Shown: positions 8,684-18,473, counted from the first letter of the stretch. The stretch: DNA of 24,000 nt from Thermoclostridium stercorarium subsp. stercorarium DSM 8532 (GCF_000331995.1 NC_020134.1:2430627-2454626); one strand, 5' to 3'. Translations and numbers: made by a program. The notes: generated by a model from the letters alone, not told the origin.

Positions 8684-10585
8684 TTACATATCTCCTCTGC
8701 TCTTCAGCCTTTTAAGAACCCTTTCCGCCAGACTTTTGGAATCAAGGCCATACTTATGATACAAAAGTTCCCTCTTTCCGTGTTCTATCGGTATGTCCGG
8801 GAACGCAGCCACTTCAACGGGGATGTTCATTCCCGCTTCGTTAAGTTTAAACAGGGCTATGCTCCCAAAACCTCCGCTTTTTATATGGTCCTCAACCGTC
8901 ATAAGCAGACAGGTTTTCTTTAGCGATTTACACAGCAACCCGGTATCAAAAGGTTTTATAAAACGATAGTACAAAACATCACTGTGTATTCCGTATTTTT
9001 CAAGTTCCTTTGCCGCCTCAACGGCTATCTCCAGCATATGCCCGGTGACTGCGATGGTAATGTCTCCTCCGTCCATAATCTTGACGGCCTTTCCAAACTC
9101 TATAGGAATGTCGGGCGCCAGATTTCTCTTCCCCTGCCCTCTCGGATATCTGATCGCAATCGGCCCTTTTCCATCCTCCACCGCAAACTCGAGCATTTTC
9201 TCCAGTTCGTCATAATCGGCGGGTGACATTATGGTTATATTCGGCAGTGTTGAAAACAGCGCTATATCATATATACCCTGATGGGTTTCCCCGTCGTCAC
9301 CCACAATTCCCGCCCGGTCAACGGCAAAAATAACATTAAGATTCATCAGTGAAACATCGTGTATAATCTGGTCATAAGCCCTTTGCAGAAAAGATGAATA
9401 AACTGCCACAACGGGTCTCAGTCCTCTGATGGCCAGCCCCGCGGCCATTGTGACGGCATGCTGTTCGGCAATCCCCACGTCAAAAAAGCGTTTCGGGAAT
9501 TTCTCACTGAAAAGACTAAGCCCTGTTCCTTCAGGCATTGCAGCCGTTATAGCCACAATTTCTTTATGCTTTTCGGCCAGTTCCACAAGTTTTTTGCCGA
9601 AAACTTTGGAAAAACTTCCGTTGCTTTCAGACAACACCTTGCCCGTTTCCACGTCGAACGGCGAAACGCCGTGGTACTTCTGCGGTTTCTCCTCAGCAGG
9701 GGAATAACCTCTGCCTTTTTTGGTGCAAACATGTATAAGAACTGGTTCCTTCAGGTTTTTGACTCTCTGGAAAACCCTGTACATTTCCGATATATTATGT
9801 CCGTCCAGCGGTCCGTAATAATGAAACCCCAGTTCTTCAAAGAAGACACCCGGAAGTAACAAATATTTCAAAGAACCTTTTACCTTATGCAAAACCTTTC
9901 TGGCCGATTTACCAATAGCGGGTATGTTATCTACCAGGGTCTGGAAATCGGTTCTCACCTTATAGTAAATGGGTTCTGTCCGTATTCGGCTGAGGTAACG
10001 CGACAAAGCCCCGACGTTTTTTGATATGGACATTTCATTGTCGTTCAGAACAACAATTAGGTTTGTTTTACTGTTTCCGGCGTCGTTCAGCGCTTCAAAG
10101 GCCATGCCTCCTGTCAGCGCCCCGTCGCCGATTACCGCAATGACATTGTAATTATCCCCCATCAGATCCCTTGCCCTGGCCATACCAAGAGCCGCCGATA
10201 TGGACGTTGAACTGTGACCGGTATTAAAACAGTCATGCTCACTCTCGGTTATTTTTGGAAAACCCGAAATGCCGCCCATCTGTCTGATGGTAGCAAGTTG
10301 ATCCCTTCTTCCGGTCAATATCTTATGCACATAGGTCTGATGGCCTACATCCCATATTATTTTATCCCTCGGCGACTGGAAAACGGTATGTAAAACAATG
10401 GTCAGTTCAACCACGCCAAGGTTTGAAGCAATATGCCCACCCGTCTGGGATATTTTTTCGATTAAAAAACTCCTTATTTCCCCGGCAAGGGTTTGAAGGC
10501 AGCACATTTTCAGGTTCTTCAAATCTTCAGGCCCGTTTATGTTCTGAAGGACTCCCGCCGAACACAAACAAATTTTTCCGTCCAA
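8684..10585 (-). CDS. dxs: 1-deoxy-D-xylulose-5-phosphate synthase
   Basis: 633 aa; GGHIASNLGVVELTIVLHTVF, GHQTYVHKILTGR, GDGALTGGMAFEALN, FDVGIAEQHAVTMAAGLA. Start codon uncertain. Confidence 0.96.
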   Translation of the reverse strand: MDGKICLCSAGVLQNINGPEDLKNLKMCCLQTLAGEIRSFLIEKISQTGGHIASNLGVVELTIVLHTVFQSPRDKIIWDVGHQTYVHKILTGRRDQLATIRQMGGISGFPKITESEHDCFNTGHSSTSISAALGMARARDLMGDNYNVIAVIGDGALTGGMAFEALNDAGNSKTNLIVVLNDNEMSISKNVGALSRYLSRIRTEPIYYKVRTDFQTLVDNIPAIGKSARKVLHKVKGSLKYLLLPGVFFEELGFHYYGPLDGHNISEMYRVFQRVKNLKEPVLIHVCTKKGRGYSPAEEKPQKYHGVSPFDVETGKVLSESNGSFSKVFGKKLVELAEKHKEIVAITAAMPEGTGLSLFSEKFPKRFFDVGIAEQHAVTMAAGLAIRGLRPVVAVYSSFLQRAYDQIIHDVSLMNLNVIFAVDRAGIVGDDGETHQGIYDIALFSTLPNITIMSPADYDELEKMLEFAVEDGKGPIAIRYPRGQGKRNLAPDIPIEFGKAVKIMDGGDITIAVTGHMLEIAVEAAKELEKYGIHSDVLYYRFIKPFDTGLLCKSLKKTCLLMTVEDHIKSGGFGSIALFKLNEAGMNIPVEVAAFPDIPIEHGKRELLYHKYGLDSKSLAERVLKRLKSRGDM

Positions 10586-10645
10586 TTGAGTTTCCTTCTT
10601 TCAACCTTAAAATCCGAAGCAAATTTGCGAGTTCCGTAATTGTAT

Positions 10646-10674
10646 ATTTTACTAAAGGATAAAAGTTAAATCAA
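10646..10674 (-). promoter_or_regulatory. Candidate promoter upstream of dxs
   Basis: Minus strand: TTGATT (10674..10669), 17-bp spacer, TAAAAT (10651..10646). Confidence 0.35.
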
Positions 10675-10762
10675 TTCTTTACTGCCATTTAATGGAACAT
10701 GAGAAACGATTCTGCGACGGTCACTCTGAGAAGATGAAAATAAGCTAAATATAATTACTGAG

Positions 10763-11203
10763 CTAATTTAAAATTATGCCGGTTATAATTCCCAATGCCG
10801 CTCCGGCAACTACCTCGATAGGGGTGTGCCCCAAAAGTTCCTTTAACTGTTTATCAAGCTGTATGTTCTCATGGGAATTTACAAGCTTGTTCAGAACTTC
10901 GGCCTGCTTGCCCGCCGCCCTTCTTACCCCGGCTGCGTCGGCCATAACGACAAGTGAAAAAACAACCGCCAGTGCAAAAATATCCGACGTAAACCCGTTA
11001 TGTATGCCCAGTATGGTTGCCAGCGACACAGTAAAAGCGGTATGAGAGCTCGGCATTCCGCCTGAGCCTATCAATTTTCTGAAATCAAGCTTTCGGGTTT
11101 TAACATAATTATGAAAAAATTTAATGCTCTGGGCCAAAAACCAAGTCAGTACAGGTGTGGTAATGGCTCTGTTACTCAGAACATCGGTGAAAAATTTCAG
11201 CAT
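10763..11203 (-). CDS. Divergent PAP2 family membrane protein (YuiD/DUF212-like)
   Basis: 146 aa; GSGGMPSSHTAFTVSLAT, hydrophobic segments, ELLGHTPIEVVAGAALGIITG. Confidence 0.88.
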   Translation of the reverse strand: MLKFFTDVLSNRAITTPVLTWFLAQSIKFFHNYVKTRKLDFRKLIGSGGMPSSHTAFTVSLATILGIHNGFTSDIFALAVVFSLVVMADAAGVRRAAGKQAEVLNKLVNSHENIQLDKQLKELLGHTPIEVVAGAALGIITGIILN

Positions 11204-11219
11204 CGCTCACCTCATCAGG

Positions 11220-12116
11220 CTAATTTCTTCTTTCGGCGATATAATAAGCAATTTCCTTAAGAAACCATGCTCTTTCCCCAAACACATCCAAAGACTCAAC
11301 GGCTTTCCTCGTAACTTCCCGAAGCATTTCCTTTGCCCCGTCCAGACCATACAGCGACACATAGGTTGTTTTCCTGTTCCTTTCATCGCTCCCTACGGGT
11401 TTGCCCAGCTCCTCGATTGTGCCTTCCACATCAAGGATATCGTCCCTTATCTGGAATGCGATGCCGATATTTTCTGCATATTCGGTCAGGGCTTTTATTT
11501 TATCCTCCGAAAGTCCTAAAAAAACAGCCGGAACAATTACGCTTGCCGTAATCAGGGCCCCTGTCTTCTTTCTGTGCATGGTTTTCAGCTTCGTGGCAGA
11601 AACCTGCGTGCCTTCAGACTCCATGTCAATGACCTGACCCGCAATCATTCCGTCCCGGCCTGCGGCCCTGGCAATTATACATGAGGCTTTAACCCAGTGT
11701 TCCATTTTGTCCCCCGCATTTGCCGAAGCCTCAAAAAGAAGGGAAAACGCCTCATTCAGCAATGCATCACCGGCAAGAATTGCCATGGCCTCGCCGAACA
11801 CCTTATGATTTGTTAATTTTCCGCGGCGGTAGTCATCGTTGTCCATTGCAGGCAAGTCATCATGTATAAGCGAATAAGTATGAATCATTTCAATGGCCGC
11901 GGCAAAAGGCATCACTTCCTGAGGATCCCCGGACAACATTTTTGTCACGGCCAGCATTAAAACAGGCCTTATTCTTTTTCCACCCGCCATTACACTGTAG
12001 CTCATGGATTCTACAAGCCTTTTTTCGGGCACTTCTCTATTCAGTCTGTCAAAATACTTAACCAAATAATCATCAACCAGCGTGGTTAAATTCCTCATTT
12101 CTTCCTTAAAATTCAT
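11220..12116 (-). CDS. ispA: Polyprenyl synthetase / farnesyl diphosphate synthase family
   Basis: GGKRIRPVLML, DD-rich motif HDDLPAMDNDDYRRGKLTNH, second motif DDILDVEG. Start revised from 12152 to the MNFKEEM codon at 12116, which gives an ATGA overlap with the xseB stop. Confidence 0.93.
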   Translation of the reverse strand: MNFKEEMRNLTTLVDDYLVKYFDRLNREVPEKRLVESMSYSVMAGGKRIRPVLMLAVTKMLSGDPQEVMPFAAAIEMIHTYSLIHDDLPAMDNDDYRRGKLTNHKVFGEAMAILAGDALLNEAFSLLFEASANAGDKMEHWVKASCIIARAAGRDGMIAGQVIDMESEGTQVSATKLKTMHRKKTGALITASVIVPAVFLGLSEDKIKALTEYAENIGIAFQIRDDILDVEGTIEELGKPVGSDERNRKTTYVSLYGLDGAKEMLREVTRKAVESLDVFGERAWFLKEIAYYIAERRN

Positions 12117-12346
12117 TGTTCTTCCCCCGGTGAAAAAGGTTCTTCCCTGCACTCGCCGTTAGCATCGATAAGTTTTACAATTTTCTTTTCGGTCTCATCA
12201 AGCTTTTTGGCGCAATATGCCGATAACTCAACGCCCTTCTGGAAGAGTTCCAGAGATTTTTCCAGAGGGATATCCCCGTTTTCCAAAAGCCTAACAATTT
12301 CCTCCAGTTGCTTTACGGCCTCTTCATAACTTAAATTCAGTTCCAT
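12113..12346 (-). CDS. xseB: Exodeoxyribonuclease VII small subunit
   Basis: 77 aa; LSYEEAVKQLEEIVRLLENGDIPLEKSLELFQKGVELSAYCAKKLDETEKKI, adjacent to xseA. Confidence 0.95.
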   Translation of the reverse strand: MELNLSYEEAVKQLEEIVRLLENGDIPLEKSLELFQKGVELSAYCAKKLDETEKKIVKLIDANGECREEPFSPGEEQ

Positions 12347-12370
12347 TTTCCTTTCCCCTTGTCCTTATTG

Positions 12371-13567
12371 TTATATTTCCATTTTTTCGGCCACGCATTT
12401 TATCTTGCCGTCAGCAAGAATTATGTCCAGTTTGTCTCCGTTATGTACCTGCTCTGCCGATTTTATAATATTACCGTTTTTCATTGTAATGCTGTAACCC
12501 CTGGCCAGAACGGTAAGCGGGCTAAGCACGTCAAGTTTTCCGCACAAAACAGAAAGCATTCCCTTTTCCTTTTCAATTCTTCGCTTCATTGCGTCAGCAA
12601 TGTTTTTCCTAATAATTTCCAGATCCATTTTTTTCTGATTTACCCTGTCCAGAGGATGTCTCATGGACGGGCTTTTCATCAGTTGTTCCAGTTTCAGTCT
12701 TTCACACTGAATTCTGTTGGTTATGGCTTTTTTCAAACGCAGCCTCAAATCCATAACATTTTTAACCAGCATTTCCTTTTCAGGAATAACCAGCTCTGCT
12801 GCCGCGGAAGGTGTTGGCGCCCTGAGATCGGCGACAAAATCAGAGATGGAAAAGTCGGTTTCATGCCCCACTGCTGAAATAACCGGGATTTCGGACCTGT
12901 AGATACTCCATGCTACAATCTCCTCATTAAACGGCCAAAGTTCTTCCAGCGAACCTCCTCCCCGTGCCAGGATAATCACGTCTGCTGCTTTGTGCCGGTT
13001 AATAAAATCCAGCGCATACGCTATCTGCCTTGCCGCATCTTCTCCCTGCACCTGCACGGGGAACAGCTTCAGAACCGCGTTGGGGAACCTTCTGAAAAGA
13101 ATATTTATGATATCCCTTATAACTGCGCCGGTAGGAGAAGTAACAACGGCTATACTCCGGGGCAGGTATGGGATTTTCTTTTTTATTTCCGGCCTGAACA
13201 AACCTTCTTTTTCAAGTTTCTGTTTCAGTTGCTCAAAGGCAAGGTATAAATTCCCCAATCCGGCAGGCTCCATATATTCAGGATAAAGCTGGTATGAACC
13301 GCCTGCCTCGTAAATTGATACATATCCTCTGACTATTACTTTCATGCCGTCTTTGGGTTTGAACTTCAGCATCTGATTTTGCGATCTGAACATTACACAT
13401 CTGATTACACTGGATTCATCCTTAAGCGTAAAATACATGTGACCGGACGAGTGCAGCTTGAAATTTGAGATTTCTCCCATTACACACACATCAGACAGGA
13501 TACTGTCGTACGCAAACAAACGTTTTATATATCTTGTAAGCTGAGTTACGGTAATAACTTCCTGCAT
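12371..13567 (-). CDS. xseA: Exodeoxyribonuclease VII large subunit
   Basis: 398 aa; N-terminal OB fold VCVMGEISNFKLHSSGHMYFTLKDESS; IAVVTSPTGAVIRDI; DVIILARGGGSLEELWPFNEE; VISAVGHETDFSISDFVADLRAPTPSAAAE. Confidence 0.97.
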   Translation of the reverse strand: MQEVITVTQLTRYIKRLFAYDSILSDVCVMGEISNFKLHSSGHMYFTLKDESSVIRCVMFRSQNQMLKFKPKDGMKVIVRGYVSIYEAGGSYQLYPEYMEPAGLGNLYLAFEQLKQKLEKEGLFRPEIKKKIPYLPRSIAVVTSPTGAVIRDIINILFRRFPNAVLKLFPVQVQGEDAARQIAYALDFINRHKAADVIILARGGGSLEELWPFNEEIVAWSIYRSEIPVISAVGHETDFSISDFVADLRAPTPSAAAELVIPEKEMLVKNVMDLRLRLKKAITNRIQCERLKLEQLMKSPSMRHPLDRVNQKKMDLEIIRKNIADAMKRRIEKEKGMLSVLCGKLDVLSPLTVLARGYSITMKNGNIIKSAEQVHNGDKLDIILADGKIKCVAEKMEI

Positions 13568-13569
13568 TT

Positions 13570-13998
13570 TTACTGCTCCTCATCGGCTTTCAGCCCGGCC
13601 GCAATTTTGCCAAGTACACCGTTTATAAAATTCTTTGACTGATCGGTACCGTATTTTTTGGCCAGCTCAACGGCTTCGTTTATTGAAACGTTTACAGGAA
13701 TATCCTTACGGTATTTAAGTTCATAAACGGCAAGGCGCATTATGGCCAGGTCCACTTTTGGCATTCTTTCCAGCCGCCAGCCGATTGAATGGACCTGAAT
13801 TAAATTGTCTATTTCCTCCTTATGGTCTATAACGCCATGAATAACGTCAAGAAAAAACTCCCTGTCCAAATTCTCCAGATCTTCGTTCTCTTCAAGAAAC
13901 ATCCTTATCTGTTCCTCTATGTCGTCATCCCTGAGCTGGATCTGATACAGAAGTTTCATTGCATTCTCTCGGGTTATTCTTCTGCTCAATTTGTCCAC
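13570..13998 (-). CDS. nusB: Transcription antitermination factor NusB
   Basis: 142 aa; [19 protein letters not shown]...[21 protein letters not shown]...[29 protein letters not shown]-type signature. Confidence 0.94.
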   Translation of the reverse strand: MDKLSRRITRENAMKLLYQIQLRDDDIEEQIRMFLEENEDLENLDREFFLDVIHGVIDHKEEIDNLIQVHSIGWRLERMPKVDLAIMRLAVYELKYRKDIPVNVSINEAVELAKKYGTDQSKNFINGVLGKIAAGLKADEEQ

Positions 13999-14039
13999 CT
14001 TACCTTAATTAACGATATAAGAGTGCTTTTTTCCTCACT

Positions 14040-14068
14040 ATTATAACCACTGAAGGTTAACACTGCAA
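14040..14068 (-). promoter_or_regulatory. Candidate sigma-A promoter for the nusB-led operon
   Basis: Minus strand: TTGCAG (14068..14063), 17-bp spacer, TATAAT (14045..14040), about 42 bp upstream of nusB. Confidence 0.6.
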
Positions 14069-14104
14069 GGGTCATGTTAAAACAACTCCGCTGCCTGTAA
14101 CCGC

Positions 14105-14134
14105 TTTACAATACGCCAAACCGTGTGGTATAAT
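14105..14134 (+). promoter_or_regulatory. Candidate promoter for the LacI-family regulator, divergent from the nusB promoter
   Basis: TTTACA (14105-14110), 18-bp spacer, TATAAT (14129-14134); leader of about 155 nt to the ATG at 14294. Confidence 0.45.
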
Positions 14135-14293
14135 TGCTCAGAAGTATCATTCTTTGAAGATGCCGGCATTTGCCCGTATGAACCTGGAAATACCATTTTC
14201 AAAGATCAGTTTCTTTAAATCCCTGAATAATGACTTACTTTATTTACATAATTTTTTTCGGACTACTAAAGAGTAAATGTATGAGGTTGTGTT

Positions 14294-15273
14294 ATGAGTA
14301 CGCTTAAGGATGTGGCTGAAAAAGCCGGTGTTACAGTAACAACTGTTTCCCGTATGCTTAATAACAGGGGTTATGTCAGTGAGAAAACAAGGAACAAAAT
14401 CCTTAAAGCCATGAAGGAGTTAAACTACCGCCCCAACGAATTTGCCAGGGCATTATCGCTGCAGAGAAGCAACTTCATTGGCCTGATTGTTCCGTCTGCC
14501 AGCAATATGTTCTTCAGCAAGGTAATTGACAGCGTCGAACGCCAGGTTTCAAAACATGGTTACAAATTGCTGCTCTGCACGTCAAATCTTGAACCAAAAA
14601 AGAATTCGAATATTTTGACATGCTGAGTGCAAATAAAGTTGCAGGAGTAATTATAGCAAGCCACACTCAGAATTTGGACAAAAAAATAAACATTGATGCT
14701 CCTGTGATTTCCATAGACAGAATCATTTCGCCTGACATACCGGCTATATGTTCAGACAATTACCAGGGCGGAGTGCTTGCAGCCGAACATCTGATTTCCA
14801 AAGGCTGCAAGAAGCTTGCACATATAAGCGGGAGCATACATTTGAACATGGATGCAAACAAACGTTACTACGGTTTCCGGGACGTGTGTGAAAAAAAAGG
14901 AATCCCTCATGTACTCATCGATGCCACCGAGGAACAATTCCTTTCAATGAACTATGAATCTATAATAAATATACTGCTGGATAATCATCCTGACGTGGAC
15001 GGAATATTCACATCCAATGACATTATAGCCGCTCAGGCGATTACAACATGCAGCAAACGCGGCATCAAAGTCCCCGAACAAATCAAGGTTGTGGGCTACG
15101 ATGACATTGATCTGTGCAAAATCTATAATCCGGCAATTACCACAATTCGTCAGTCAATTGACGATATTTGCATGTATGCCGTTGAAAGCATAATATCCAA
15201 AGTTGAAAACAATAAACCCATTCCGTCATGCATCATATTCCCCGTAACATTAATAGAAAGGGAGACAACCTGA
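14294..15273 (+). pseudogene. LacI-family transcriptional regulator split by an apparent -1 frameshift (ORFs 14294..14626 and 14620..15273)
   Basis: First ORF has the HTH TLKDVAEKAGVTVTTVSRMLNNRGYVSEKTRNKI and YRPNEFARALSLQRSNFIGLIVPSASNMFF. Second ORF continues with the periplasmic-binding-like domain KVAGVIIASHTQ...PDVDGIFTSNDIIAAQAITTCSKRGIKVPEQIKVVGYDD...TTIRQS. Shifting -1 at A_AAA_AAG (14596-14602) gives the continuous sequence NLEPKK-EFEYFDMLSANKVAGVII. Confidence 0.85.
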
Positions 15274-15307
15274 TATCTCCCTTTTAAATTTGTAACAAAA
15301 ATTGTTT

Positions 15308-16135
15308 CTACTTTATCGCTCCCTGAACTACACCTTCTATAATATATTTCTGCGAAAACAGATAAACAACAAGAATGGGTATAATGGTCAATACAATGCC
15401 CGCCATTAACGGTGCATAGTCAACACTGTATGTGTTGAAAAAGTTGTATGTGGACAACGGCAGTGTTCTTTCCGCGGGCGACAGTAAAATAAGGCTTGGC
15501 AGCAAATAGTCGTTCCATATCCACAAAACGTCCAATATTAATACCGTAACAAGCACGGGTTTTAAAAGCGGAAATACAATCCGGAAAAACAGTCTAATTT
15601 TGTTGCATCCGTCAATAAGCGCCGATTCCTCCATTTCCCCAGGAATATTTTTTATAAATCCGTGGAATATGAATATCGCAAATGCCTGTCCAAACCCCAT
15701 GTACATGAAAATTAAAACCCATTTGCTGTTCATTAAATTCAGGCTGCCGTAAATGCTTACCAGCGGTATCATTATTGCCTGAAAAGGAACAATCATCGAA
15801 GCCACCAGTATTGCAAATATTACCTTGTTTATCTTCCACGGATGCCTTACAAGGAAATAGGCTGCCATCGATGATGTGAGCAGTATCAGAATAATGCTGA
15901 TAACAGTGATAACCACACTGTTTCCGATTGCCTGCAGAAAATTCATCTTGTTAAAAGCATTTACATAATTGCCGAATCCTATTTTCTCAGGCAACGCGAA
16001 AGGATTTGTAACAAACTGCTGCGTGGTTTTAAATGAATTGATTACCATCAGGTAAAACGGCATTATGAATATTATCAGCATTAAATATATCAGAACGTAT
16101 CTAATGTATTTTAATTTGCCTTTCCTTTCTTTCAC
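15308..16135 (-). CDS. Carbohydrate ABC transporter permease, MalG/LacG type
   Basis: 275 aa; PFYLMVINSFKT, EAA loop MEESALIDGCNKIRLFFRIVFPLLKPVL, multiple TM segments. Confidence 0.93.
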   Translation of the reverse strand: MKERKGKLKYIRYVLIYLMLIIFIMPFYLMVINSFKTTQQFVTNPFALPEKIGFGNYVNAFNKMNFLQAIGNSVVITVISIILILLTSSMAAYFLVRHPWKINKVIFAILVASMIVPFQAIMIPLVSIYGSLNLMNSKWVLIFMYMGFGQAFAIFIFHGFIKNIPGEMEESALIDGCNKIRLFFRIVFPLLKPVLVTVLILDVLWIWNDYLLPSLILLSPAERTLPLSTYNFFNTYSVDYAPLMAGIVLTIIPILVVYLFSQKYIIEGVVQGAIK

Positions 16136-17019
16136 TATGCCTCCACCTCAAATCTTTTAGTTAAAAGAACCTGGGTTACCGCTACAATTGCCACTGTAAC
16201 GAAGAATATAATCGCTTCAGCCTGTCCAATACCATATTCATTTGCCTGGAAGGCTTTCTGGTATATATGCATAGCTGCAAGCCTGGTGGAACCATATGGC
16301 TGACCGTTTGTCAGTGCGAGATTGAGATCATAAGTCATAAATCCCCGTGAAATAATTATAAAGAAACATATAATAAACGACGGTACCATCAACGGCATTG
16401 TTATATGCCATAGCCTTCGGAAACCTGTAGCTCCGTCAATTTCAGCCGCCTCATCAACATCTTGCGGTATGCTTACAAAGCCGGCTATATAAATTATCAT
16501 CAGATAACCCGCGTATTGCCATACCGTAACGATAATCATCGAGACTATAGCTCTTTCAGGATGAGTGAGGAATGAAGTTTTGAGAAACTGGTAATCCAAG
16601 ATTTCCCCCAGTTTAGTAACCACATTTGAAAAAAGGAACTTCCATATGTAACCGAGCACTATGCCTCCTATAAGATTGGGTGTAAAGAAACCTGCCCTGA
16701 GAAAATCTCGTCCTTTTATGTTGCCTGTCAGAAGAAATGCCAGCAAAAAAGCCAATATATTACAGAATATGGTTGAATACAGGACATACTTCAGTGTTTT
16801 TCCAAACTGCTGCCAGAATTCCTTGTCGGAAAAAACAGCCTTAAAATTGTTTATTCCTACAAATTCGTATGACATTTTTATCGGACTGTAATCGGTAAAC
16901 GTCAGATAAATACCGTATACAAGCGGTATTAACAATACACATGTAAATGCAAAAAGCGAAGGTCCCATAAACAAAACAAAACTACCTATTTTGTTTAGTA
17001 GTTTCCTGTTACCATTCAT
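16135..17019 (-). CDS. Carbohydrate ABC transporter permease, MalF/UgpA type
   Basis: 294 aa; YGIYLTFTDYSP...FVGINNFKAVFSDKEFWQ..., EAA loop IPQDVDEAAEIDGATGFRRLWHITMPLMVPSF. Confidence 0.93.
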   Translation of the reverse strand: MNGNRKLLNKIGSFVLFMGPSLFAFTCVLLIPLVYGIYLTFTDYSPIKMSYEFVGINNFKAVFSDKEFWQQFGKTLKYVLYSTIFCNILAFLLAFLLTGNIKGRDFLRAGFFTPNLIGGIVLGYIWKFLFSNVVTKLGEILDYQFLKTSFLTHPERAIVSMIIVTVWQYAGYLMIIYIAGFVSIPQDVDEAAEIDGATGFRRLWHITMPLMVPSFIICFFIIISRGFMTYDLNLALTNGQPYGSTRLAAMHIYQKAFQANEYGIGQAEAIIFFVTVAIVAVTQVLLTKRFEVEA

Positions 17020-17100
17020 TTTAACAACCCCAGTCCCCCTGAACGGATAACGGCAAAACTTTTGCCGCTATCCGTTCTGAATTTATATTAAATATTATAT

Positions 17101-18473
17101 TTACTTATTTGTTGACCTCCAGTATTCGTTAATTCCTTTTGCAAGTTCCTCTCTTGTAATTGCTCCTGCTAAATATTTCAACATCAGATTACCGGTTTCG
17201 GTCCAGACGTCTCCGGAAATATAGGAGAAAACGCCCAGGTTGATTGTTTTGCCCCTCTGTGCATATTCGGCTATAGAAGTTGTCATTGAGTTATATGTTA
17301 TATCTTTTCTGACATTCTTGTAAGGCATATAAAAACCCTGATCAAGGAAGAACTGCTGCCCTTCGGGATCGGTAAGCATCCACCCGAGAGCCTTCAGCGC
17401 AGCTTCCTGCTGTTCTGCTGTACTCTGGGATTTGTTGATACACTGGAATTTGGGTAATACCATTACAACTTCGGAGTTACCGTAAGCGTTCGGATCATTG
17501 CTCCACGGAACGGGTATGAAACCATATTCGGTATCAATGTTTTCCATAGTCACAAGTGTGGTCCACAGCCAGTCACCCATAAAGAACGTTGCACACTTGC
17601 CCTCGGCAAAAGCCTGAGCGTCCCTGTTAAAGTCTGCCACCAGCGGATCGGCTTTGTTGTAATTATATTTGGCAAGCAAATCAAATGTATCCATATACCC
17701 CTGGAAAATCGGATCGTCTGCTATGTCTATTTCTCCTGACTTTATTTTTTCTATAAAGTTAACACCGTCTTCGGTTTTACGGCCTTGTACGGCATAAACA
17801 AGAGTAAGATAATGTCCGCCTAACGACCAGTTTGCGCCATGCAGCATTGTGGCAGGCACACCGGCTTCTTCACATTTTTTGAAAAATGCCTCCAACGCAT
17901 CTCTTGTGTTAATGCTTTTAGGATCGAAATTCCCTTCGCCGAATATTTCATCAACCACTCTCTTGTTATAGAGCAGGCCATACCCCTGAACACTCCACGG
18001 AGCTCCAAGTATTTTGCCGTCAAATGTACCTGAGGCAATGGCGTCCTCTTCGGCATAACTTAACCAGGGTGCATTCTCTTCTGTGAACTCAAGAAGATGA
18101 TCCTGATATTCTATTACGTTGGCCGGGTCTACATTCATAAAGGTCGGTGCATTTCCGGATGCATAAAGGGACTGCAGTTTTTCCTGCTGTCCTTCTCCGA
18201 TACCGGTCGGAATTAATTCAATTACAACATCGGGATTAAGCTCATTATATCTTTTGAACATTTTTTCAAACATTCATTAACTTCTGCGGAAGTGTTAAAG
18301 TATGTAATTGTTACTGTCTTTTTGCTTTCCGTTTTTCCAGAAGTGCCGGTGTCCGAAGTGCTTTGACCTGTACCGCTGCTGCTGTTACCTGTTGTAGTCT
18401 TTCCTCCGCACGCAGCCAGTAATGTGGTAAGAACGGCAACAATCAGCAGAATTGAGAATATCTTTTTTTTCAT
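17101..18473 (-). pseudogene. Extracellular sugar-binding lipoprotein of the ABC transporter, split by an apparent -1 frameshift (ORFs 18222..18473 and 17101..18273)
   Basis: First ORF has a signal peptide and lipobox: MKKKIFSILLIVAVLTTLLAACGGKTTTG, then KTVTITYFNTSAEVNECLKK. Second ORF: MFKRYNELNPDVVIELIPTGIGEGQQEKLQSLYASG...KILGAPWSVQGYGLLYNKRVVDEIFG, typical of family 1 solute-binding proteins. A -1 shift at the coding-strand A6 run (18266..18261) joins them as EVNECLKK-MFKRYNELNPDVV. Confidence 0.85.

Noticed and set aside
9458-9859. 133-aa plus-strand ORF
   Set aside because: Lies opposite dxs, no domain signature, several competing shadow ORFs in the same area.
12117-12152. N-terminal extension of ispA (MQGRTFFTGGRT)
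   Set aside because: It is unlike the family N-terminus and would overlap deeper into xseB. The 12116 ATG gives a standard ATGA overlap.
12359-12877. 172-aa plus-strand ORF
   Set aside because: Antisense to the well-supported xseA gene; cysteine/phenylalanine-rich low-plausibility sequence with no recognisable domain. Shadow ORF.
14623-14670. Inverted repeat downstream of the LacI slippery heptamer as a frameshift-stimulating structure
   Set aside because: Stem of 7 bp with a 34-nt loop starting 20 nt after the slip site. Typical stimulators begin about 5-9 nt downstream, so I do not treat it as evidence for programmed frameshifting.
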